Shown: positions 59,401 to 64,000 of the stretch, one piece after another
Position numbering within the stretch: position 1 is the stretch's first letter
How the letters are laid out: each line of letters starts with the position of its first letter
Translations under genes and position numbers: made by a program
UHGV virus genome: UHGV-1351279
Strand: one strand, 5' to 3'
Length of the DNA stretch: 64,000 nt
Source: a virus
Notes under the pieces: model-generated
What the model was told of the DNA's origin: nothing
Databases searched by the model: none
What the model saw: the letters and a program-made list of their open reading frames with translations, nothing else

Positions 59401-59445
59401 ATCTAATAAGCCATCACACTCCAAATCAAATATTGTGTAACTCAT
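56431..59445 (-). CDS. family-A DNA polymerase with 3'-5' proofreading exonuclease, interrupted by an intein
   Basis: Exo I IFDLECDGL, Exo II-like HNILRFDLPVL, motif A CGSDLSAAE (DxSxxE), motif B RNKAKIVNF//SVYKVGAPTLAKNL split by an insertion, motif C LQIHDEY. Confidence 0.65.
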   Translation of the reverse strand: MSYTIFDLECDGLLDEVTKLHCFCYQIYEKGILLEKGALVNPNDIITFLDKQETLIGHNILRFDLPVLKKLLGWKKPKELKIIDTMGLSWYLYIGRKSHGLESFGEEFGVPKPKISDWSNLTIEEYIHRCSEDVEINQRLFHNQIIFLHKLYSKQEDKERIINYLNFKMDCLREQEEVKIKVDTKLLYKSLDELETIYNEKVEILKGIMPKVYKYKEVTKPNKMTKKDGSLSEAGKKWLAILQEQELPEDYEGIVTLICEEEEPNPGSVDQVKKWFYSLGWIPCTYKTVKDKKKGTKKEVEQIYDDNGKICNSVKKLIEIVPEIELFNDLSLITHRIGVFKSFMESMDKNNCVYATAGGLSNTFRFLHRKPISNLPKPNTFYGKEIRGLILSPKENTILCGSDLSAAEATTQDNYMYKFDPDYVNKKRVPGYDAHIEIAKFSGLMSEKQANRYKELDKKEEKNEDEKKEFLELKTMRNKAKIVNFCLPTDITEILTTEGWKKYEQLKLDDCIFSYNTELNELEVVKIDSIPYFEKQEVISLHNSHFSFECTPNHKWFSSKKITSKNKETYYKNVFVETKDINKNDKIIVSAPYKNTNRDYNVEDIRLLAWILTEGYVEWSDKLNGTSNSNGKKRHVICKIGQKSNKEDLEKVLNNYKYRTYTRKDGLTYYDLSPSEIRSLFYRLNLPERNKKDIDYTNLIINIPHDIREEFIIHMLKGDGHKKEGQKIFTQNKGKILDAFCLALTLNGYFYKLSKGKVYKNNVCVDVFIRNRRNITGQKLKKDFSRYTDVFCVNNKNKTFIAKQNDLVVITGNSSVYKVGAPTLAKNLDCTKEEAETILDGYWTMNKSVLDVEKDLLLKVIHKTGEVKVYKTVDFLPKDNSKKEKKRCQKLQNSFLQTVNTMYILNPVSNFWISLRYFKDIFSSLNQSTAVFVFDCYLQEVRKRVNTVMLQIHDEYLCYFNNNISKDSILKYLKECISKVNDKIKFSIPMDISADFGVNYAECH
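57007..57990 (-). mobile_element. intein (328 aa) with LAGLIDADG-type homing endonuclease inserted in Pol A motif B
   Basis: Begins with Cys (CLPTDITEIL, block A). Has the block B TxxH (ECTPNHKWF). LAGLIDADG-like LLAWILTEGY and MLKGDGHK. Ends VVITGN followed by extein Ser. Flanking exteins reconstitute the KxxNF-GxxYG-like motif B. Confidence 0.55.
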
Positions 59446-59447
59446 TG

Positions 59448-60029
59448 CTATTCTTTTAAACCTTGTTCAATAATATTCTCCATCATATTTGAGTTTATAG
59501 TTCTTGTACCATCAGGGTTATATTTAATACACAATCTCAAATCTTTTAGTTTACTCCATTTACCTCTTGCAAATAAGTTTGGGTCTACTAAATAAACAGA
59601 TTTTGATATTGGTATTAATATATTCTCTTTCTTTAGCTTAGATATAGCAACATCAATTGTTTCTATTTTTAATCCTGTGTCCTTAGACATAAGAATTTTT
59701 GTGTCTTTTACTGCTATAAACTTATTATCATACCCCATTCTAAGAACTATTGAATATAGTACCAAAGAAACATTTTTCTCTAATGAGAATATTCTTTTTA
59801 TATCACTTAAATATAATTTTAGAAAGTCAGGCTCTGTTGATACAATTGCTGTTTTAAAGTTTTTTACTTTTAAAACTTCTCCTGTATCATTATTGATTTC
59901 AATGGTTTCTTCTTCATAAGTTACCTTTTTCACTTTTTCTTGCTTAGGTTTATTCAACCTATTTACTTTTGTTACTTTCATTTCTAATAGCTTTTCTAAT
60001 TCCCTGCAAAGGTATGTAATATTTTCCAC
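59448..60029 (-). CDS. hypothetical protein adjacent to dyad-repeat array (candidate DNA-binding/replication initiation factor)
   Basis: 193 aa. GTG start at 60027-60029 per track. Assignment is by position only. Confidence 0.35.
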   Translation of the reverse strand: MENITYLCRELEKLLEMKVTKVNRLNKPKQEKVKKVTYEEETIEINNDTGEVLKVKNFKTAIVSTEPDFLKLYLSDIKRIFSLEKNVSLVLYSIVLRMGYDNKFIAVKDTKILMSKDTGLKIETIDVAISKLKKENILIPISKSVYLVDPNLFARGKWSKLKDLRLCIKYNPDGTRTINSNMMENIIEQGLKE

Positions 60030-60140
60030 TTATGATATTTCTTTAGTACAGTTTAACAAATCTCTTCAAGCTTATGGTAGCCATAAGTGAGACTTATGGT
60101 AATCATAAGTTCAACTTATCATAACCATAAGTTAGACTTA
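60028..60140. promoter_or_regulatory. array of dyad-symmetric ACTTATGG / CCATAAGT half-sites (candidate replication origin or operator)
   Basis: CTTATGGtagCCATAAG (60071-60087), ACTTATGgtaatCATAAGT (60092-60110) and ACTTATcataaccATAAGT (60114-60132), plus a solo ACTTATG at 60028-60034. Lies inside a 363-nt non-coding gap. Confidence 0.5.
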
Positions 60141-60392
60141 GCTTCAAATGGAATACAAAAGCCTGATTATCATTGGGTTATAAGAGAGGTAAAGTGTAAA
60201 TTCCTTCTTTTATTATTTTATTGTATAGTGTAAAGTCCATATATTTTATACAAAAAATAAAAAGGAAAGTGAGGTAATTAAAGGGCAGAATTAACTACCC
60301 TTTAATATACCAATGTTATGGCAACTTAGAAACTCTACTCCAAAGATACATTCACACATATCAGTTTCTTTAAGTCATAACACAGTGGAATC

Positions 60393-60641
60393 TTATACTT
60401 GCTCATCATTAAGTGTCAAGTTATTGACTAAAGAGATAATCCTGAAATCCTTCTCTGAACTATTACAAATAAAGTAACTTTCAGAAAGTAATACATTATT
60501 CTCTCCTAAATCATAAATGACATATAACTTATGATAATCAAGTGAATCCTTACCCTTTCTTTTGATGAACTCTAATATTGCATCTCTCGTGGGTAACCCC
60601 TTAAATTCTAAGCCTTGCTTTATCTCTAAAATTGTCTTCAT
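60393..60641 (-). CDS. hypothetical small protein
   Basis: 82-aa ORF. Confidence 0.4.
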   Translation of the reverse strand: MKTILEIKQGLEFKGLPTRDAILEFIKRKGKDSLDYHKLYVIYDLGENNVLLSESYFICNSSEKDFRIISLVNNLTLNDEQV

Positions 60642-60647
60642 AATATT

Positions 60648-60809
60648 CTATTTTGAATGTGATGAAAATGATATATAAGCAAAAAATACAAAAAGTACTG
60701 TACTTATAACACCTGCTACTTCATTAGAAAATATACAAACAGAAGTAAAAGTTATTATTATCCAAATGATAAATAATATAAATTCTAAGTTTTTGTCACT
60801 ATCACTCAT
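60648..60809 (-). CDS. small membrane protein (53 aa, below cutoff)
   Basis: Hand-translated as MSDSDKNLEFILFIIWIIITFTSVCIFSNEVAGVISTVLFVFFAYISFSSHSK. Fills the gap between neighbouring genes with 1-6 nt spacers. Confidence 0.4.
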   Translation of the reverse strand: MSDSDKNLEFILFIIWIIITFTSVCIFSNEVAGVISTVLFVFFAYISFSSHSK

Positions 60810-60810
60810 A

Positions 60811-61008
60811 TTAAAACCATTTAAATAAAATAATTGAACCTGTTTGCTCTTCTATCTTTCTATTAATAGAAATAAAAGACTCTTCAGAGATGTTTTTTCT
60901 CTGCTCTTTTGCTTTGTTAGTGTAATATTCACTTCTTTCTTTATTACCTAACTTTCCCATTACTACTGCATTATTTAAATACATGTAGTATTTTGTTTCT
61001 TCTTTCAT
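60811..61008 (-). CDS. hypothetical small protein
   Basis: 65-aa ORF. Confidence 0.35.
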   Translation of the reverse strand: MKEETKYYMYLNNAVVMGKLGNKERSEYYTNKAKEQRKNISEESFISINRKIEEQTGSIILFKWF

Positions 61009-61338
61009 GGTATTTAGTATTTAAAAAATTGTTATTAAATAAAAAAGGCTTTTAGTACTGATATTTGCCTGTTGCAGTGTTTGTTCCACGATAGTATATA
61101 ATAAGTATTATCTTTATTAGAAACTCAATGTAACCATCCTGTGGATTTTATAACATGCTATTGTTAAAACTAAAGTTGTTTTATAATATTAAACTATTTT
61201 ATTACTACTATCTTCCCGTAACTTACGAGTACAAATTCTTGACTAAAAGCCTTATCCTTTAAGTAGTGTTGTATAAAAAAGTTTCAGGTACTCAGATATA
61301 GAGGCCTTTCCCCGAAACTAAAACATAAATACTACAAA

Positions 61339-61683
61339 CTACCAATATTCCTTAAACCTCTTTAATGTATTTATGAAATCTTCTTTTATATCCTCTAAAA
61401 GAAGTATTACATCTTCATTCTTTAGGTATTCATCTTTATCTAATGTCATTGGATTATTTATACTGTCAATATAAATAACCTCATGTAAATCACTTAAAAA
61501 AGAATATTTATTACTTCTATGCTTTTTTAAGTAATTCAACAAAATGTTGAAATAGCCATTCTCTCCTTTATATTTAGAATAGCTTAATAATTGTTGTAAT
61601 CTTATATACAACCTTTCTGCATGGTCTAAAAGACCTTTTCTGTAGAGTTCAAAATTTATCTCTACTAAATTATTTCCTTTCAT
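61339..61683 (-). CDS. hypothetical protein
   Basis: 114-aa ORF followed by a hairpin terminator. Confidence 0.4.
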   Translation of the reverse strand: MKGNNLVEINFELYRKGLLDHAERLYIRLQQLLSYSKYKGENGYFNILLNYLKKHRSNKYSFLSDLHEVIYIDSINNPMTLDKDEYLKNEDVILLLEDIKEDFINTLKRFKEYW

Positions 61684-61712
61684 AGTACTTATGTTTAAAA
61701 TTAAATAACTAA

Positions 61713-61737
61713 GTCTGGTTTTTGAATAGAACCAGAC
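61713..61737 (-). terminator. rho-independent terminator (GTCTGGTT-9 nt-AACCAGAC)
   Basis: 8-bp stem in the gap after gene 61747..62043. AT/U-rich tract follows on the minus strand. Confidence 0.5.
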
Positions 61738-61746
61738 AAAACTATT

Positions 61747-62043
61747 TTATTGATTTACTACTTGCCACTTAACATATTTTCTACTTAACGGTACTATTGC
61801 TATACCATAATCAGTCCATGCTAAATGAAACAAGTTATCATACCTGTCTATAAATATGTCACTACCTTCATCAGTTAATGAGTCATTTTCTATTAGTTGG
61901 CACCTAATATCAAAATCACCATTGATGGTTAATATGCCATCTTCATAAGGTAATTCATATACACAACCCCCTATCCAAAACTTCTCTGTCTTTGGAGGTA
62001 ATAAACTGAAAAGGCTTGCTAAAGCTAATATTATTGTATTCAT
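61747..62043 (-). CDS. secreted/periplasmic small protein (signal peptide)
   Basis: MNTIILALASLFSLLPPKTEKF is a hydrophobic N-terminus. Confidence 0.4.
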   Translation of the reverse strand: MNTIILALASLFSLLPPKTEKFWIGGCVYELPYEDGILTINGDFDIRCQLIENDSLTDEGSDIFIDRYDNLFHLAWTDYGIAIVPLSRKYVKWQVVNQ

Positions 62044-62067
62044 GTTATTTATATTTTAAATTTAAAA

Positions 62068-62089
62068 AGGAGTTTTTGTAGGAACTCCT
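62068..62089 (-). terminator. rho-independent terminator (AGGAGTT-8 nt-AACTCCT)
   Basis: 7-bp stem in the gap after gene 62097..62759. Shares a GTTTTT...AAC architecture with neighbouring terminators. Confidence 0.5.
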
Positions 62090-62096
62090 CAAAACC

Positions 62097-62759
62097 TTAG
62101 TAAAACCCACAATGAGACTTAGTGAAGGCTATTTTGTACTCATAAAGAGCTTCTCTTTCACCATATAAATGAAAGTATTCTATGTTACCCTTATCTAAGG
62201 TTTTAAGCTTAGTATTTAGCTCTTTTATTGCTAAATCTATCTCTTCCTCTGTAGAGAAATCATAGAAGCTATTCCTTACATAGTCCTCACAAAAAGATAA
62301 GTACTTAGGAAAATCAATAAGTAATTTTATTAACTTATCAATTGTATGTTCCATAGTCCTATATTTCTCTATTAAATTATAGCATTCTTCTTTGAACTCT
62401 TTAATTATAAAAGATTCACTATCTATGCTATTATAAGTTTCAAGAAATACATTTTTATTATACTTATATTCATCTTTAAGAGAAGTGAGTTTTTTAATTA
62501 ATACCTCTGTATCAAAAGTATTAACTAATTCTTCTAAGCTGTATTCAGAGAAATTCTCTAATGTAGCCTTGAAGTTTTTGAGACTCTCTCGAATATTATT
62601 CTCAGTCTCCTTTGATATGGTGCCAGTGTTTAGATAAATGTAAACAAAAGAAGGACTCACATTTAAAATGTCTTTATAATCCTCCTCATAGTCATTTTTA
62701 TCAAAATCACACCAGTTGCCCCAATCATCTACAAATGTTTGTAATTCTATAAAATTCAT
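62097..62759 (-). CDS. hypothetical protein
   Basis: 220-aa ORF. Confidence 0.4.
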   Translation of the reverse strand: MNFIELQTFVDDWGNWCDFDKNDYEEDYKDILNVSPSFVYIYLNTGTISKETENNIRESLKNFKATLENFSEYSLEELVNTFDTEVLIKKLTSLKDEYKYNKNVFLETYNSIDSESFIIKEFKEECYNLIEKYRTMEHTIDKLIKLLIDFPKYLSFCEDYVRNSFYDFSTEEEIDLAIKELNTKLKTLDKGNIEYFHLYGEREALYEYKIAFTKSHCGFY

Positions 62760-62784
62760 TGTATTTATGTTTTAAAATTAATAA

Positions 62785-62806
62785 GGCAGTTTTTATCAGA
62801 ACTGCC
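62785..62806 (-). terminator. rho-independent terminator (GGCAGTT-8 nt-AACTGCC)
   Basis: 7-bp stem in the gap after gene 62814..63149. U-rich tract follows on the minus strand. Confidence 0.5.
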
Positions 62807-62813
62807 AAAACTG

Positions 62814-63149
62814 TTACATGTAATTATAGTAGTTACTCTTTAAAGCATCTTGAAGACTTATTAAAGAATCCTTGATGTTGTAAGTGTAATTCTCCATATC
62901 TTCTTTTTGTATTGTAAACATTATTATACTCCCAATGTAATTATACAAAAAGTGAAAAATACTAATTGACATGTGATTACTATAATGCAAAGACTTAATC
63001 ATATCTAAGTAATCACGAATATTAAATAGATGTATGAAATCTTCTGCATATTGGAAAGATTTTAATTCCTCTTCAACAGAGAAAATAGCTTTACACAAAT
63101 CCTTTTCAGTAGCTGTGTAATTGTTCTTTTGTAAATTTGAATCCTTCAT
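62814..63149 (-). CDS. hypothetical protein
   Basis: 111-aa ORF. Confidence 0.4.
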   Translation of the reverse strand: MKDSNLQKNNYTATEKDLCKAIFSVEEELKSFQYAEDFIHLFNIRDYLDMIKSLHYSNHMSISIFHFLYNYIGSIIMFTIQKEDMENYTYNIKDSLISLQDALKSNYYNYM

Positions 63150-63315
63150 GGTATTTATGTTTTATCTGTTTTTTAGCTATAAAATAATGATATTTTGCCA
63201 TAAATAATTTATACCCTTTTGGGTATATACTATACTTAGGCAAAATAAAAGAAATCAAGTGAAAAAGAAAACTAAAGTGTTATCAAGCTATTAAGAATAA
63301 GAAAATAAGCAAAAA

Positions 63316-63352
63316 GAGAATAACCCACATTTGGAGTAATGGGGTTATTCTC
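63316..63352 (-). terminator. rho-independent terminator (GAGAATAACCC-15 nt-GGGTTATTCTC)
   Basis: 11-bp stem. On the minus strand it is followed by TTTTTGCTTATTTTCTTATT. Downstream of gene 63374..63877. Confidence 0.55.
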
Positions 63353-63373
63353 AACTACTTACATCATCTTTTC

Positions 63374-63877
63374 TTATGCAAACTGCTCAGCATCAATTGG
63401 TTCTGGCTCATTTGCATTAGCTTGGGAAGTGGCTTGGTGAGGAGTTTCACCTTCCCATGAGGTATCAGGCATAGAGCAGTTATAGTCCCATGTATACTTA
63501 GAGTAGTATTTTCTACCATTAAGCAGAGCAGGCTCTTTGGTATTGGGATTAATAACAGGCTCTTGGTCTTCTCTAAAAGGCTCGAAAGATAATACTCTTA
63601 CAAGTCTTCCAGATTTCACCTCAGCACCAGGCACTAATTTCTTTATATCCATAGTGCCTAATAGGATATAAGCCAAATATTCAGGTTTTTCAGCTTGAAC
63701 CCATGCCATTCTCTTTTGAGTTTGGATGAATCCTGTACCTGACTTTGAGTTATTTACAGTAATAGCTTCTTCAAACAATGCTATTGAGAAGAAAGCTTTA
63801 CCATTTTTATCAACACCTTCTTTTACAAGGGGGTTGATTTCCCCTTGTTTGTTCTTAGTTTGTACTAAAGTAATCAT
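63374..63877 (-). CDS. hypothetical protein
   Basis: 167-aa ORF with acidic C-terminal tail EPEPIDAEQFA. Confidence 0.4.
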   Translation of the reverse strand: MITLVQTKNKQGEINPLVKEGVDKNGKAFFSIALFEEAITVNNSKSGTGFIQTQKRMAWVQAEKPEYLAYILLGTMDIKKLVPGAEVKSGRLVRVLSFEPFREDQEPVINPNTKEPALLNGRKYYSKYTWDYNCSMPDTSWEGETPHQATSQANANEPEPIDAEQFA

Positions 63878-64000
63878 AGGATAAGTATTAGTATGATTAG
63901 TTAAAGATTTAATTGAGCAGAGGTATTTCTGTATTTTATACTTACTCGGAAATGAGTGTGGGTTCTTATGTAATTTACCTTGTATTTCCGACGAAGGAGG

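Noticed and set aside
26854-59919. Plus-strand ORFs embedded in the minus-strand block (26854..27108, 28087..28275, 32896..33186, 33290..33544, 33919..34137, 35342..35569, 38367..38570, 38722..38928, 42050..42328, 43250..43537, 45911..46114, 46743..46958, 48980..49174, 49689..49910, 49907..50146, 50785..51084, 51347..51559, 51790..51981, 52930..53121, 53535..53738, 54454..54729, 55990..56295, 57567..57770, 57911..58180, 59677..59919)
   Set aside because: Each is antisense to a better-supported minus-strand gene in a uniformly minus-oriented, tightly tiled array. None has motif support.
61009-61338. tRNA gene in the long intergenic gap (crAss-like phages often carry tRNAs)
   Set aside because: No GTTCRANYC T-loop box or acceptor-stem complementarity could be found by eye. 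Only a short GC-rich hairpin-like segment is present.
1-64000. CRISPR array or diversity-generating retroelement
   Set aside because: No regularly spaced direct repeats, and no reverse-transcriptase (YxDD) ORF anywhere in the window. The only repeat cluster (60028-60140) is dyad-symmetric and not spacer-interspersed.
63878-64000. Partial gene or RNA at the right edge of the window
   Set aside because: No ORF of useful length on either strand and no recognisable RNA motif. Too little sequence to call anything.

Overview
This is an AT-rich (roughly 30% GC by eye), very tightly packed dsDNA phage segment with almost no non-coding DNA. The gene content fits a crAss-like (Crassvirales-type) podophage of Bacteroidota best. 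The plus-strand block (1-25625) carries a 5'-partial virion gene and then three giant translationally coupled ORFs of 4508, 1800 and 1670 aa. The 4508-aa protein carries a DYDID (DxDxD) metal-binding motif typical of the virion-packaged giant RNA polymerase of crAss-like phages. The 1800-aa protein ends in a Dda/RecD-like SF1 helicase domain. The 1670-aa protein has TM helices, a poly-Asp run and a C-terminal AT-hook. That block ends at 25.6 kb in convergent hairpin terminators. The rest of the window (25741-63877) is a minus-strand array of about 70 genes. I recognise a replication module: family-A DNA polymerase with a LAGLIDADG intein in motif B, DnaB-like helicase, SNF2/DEAD-like SF2 helicase, Toprim primase, SSB-like protein and a second standalone Dda-like helicase paralogous to the C-terminus of the 1800-aa protein. 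A recombination module includes an Hjc-like resolvase, a possible PD-(D/E)xK nuclease and an AAA_24-like ATPase. Nucleotide-metabolism genes include a T4 gp1-like dNMP kinase and MazG. There is also a Bro-N protein, a lipoprotein and an unusual E1(ThiF)-like plus JAB/MPN (JAMM) gene pair. A 49-56 kb accessory region holds small membrane proteins, a YopX-like gene and two tandem paralog families. The 60-64 kb end holds monocistronic units with stereotyped terminators and a dyad-repeat array, a candidate origin or operator. No rRNA, tRNA or CRISPR array could be supported. Coordinates I derived by hand may be off by 1-2 nt.
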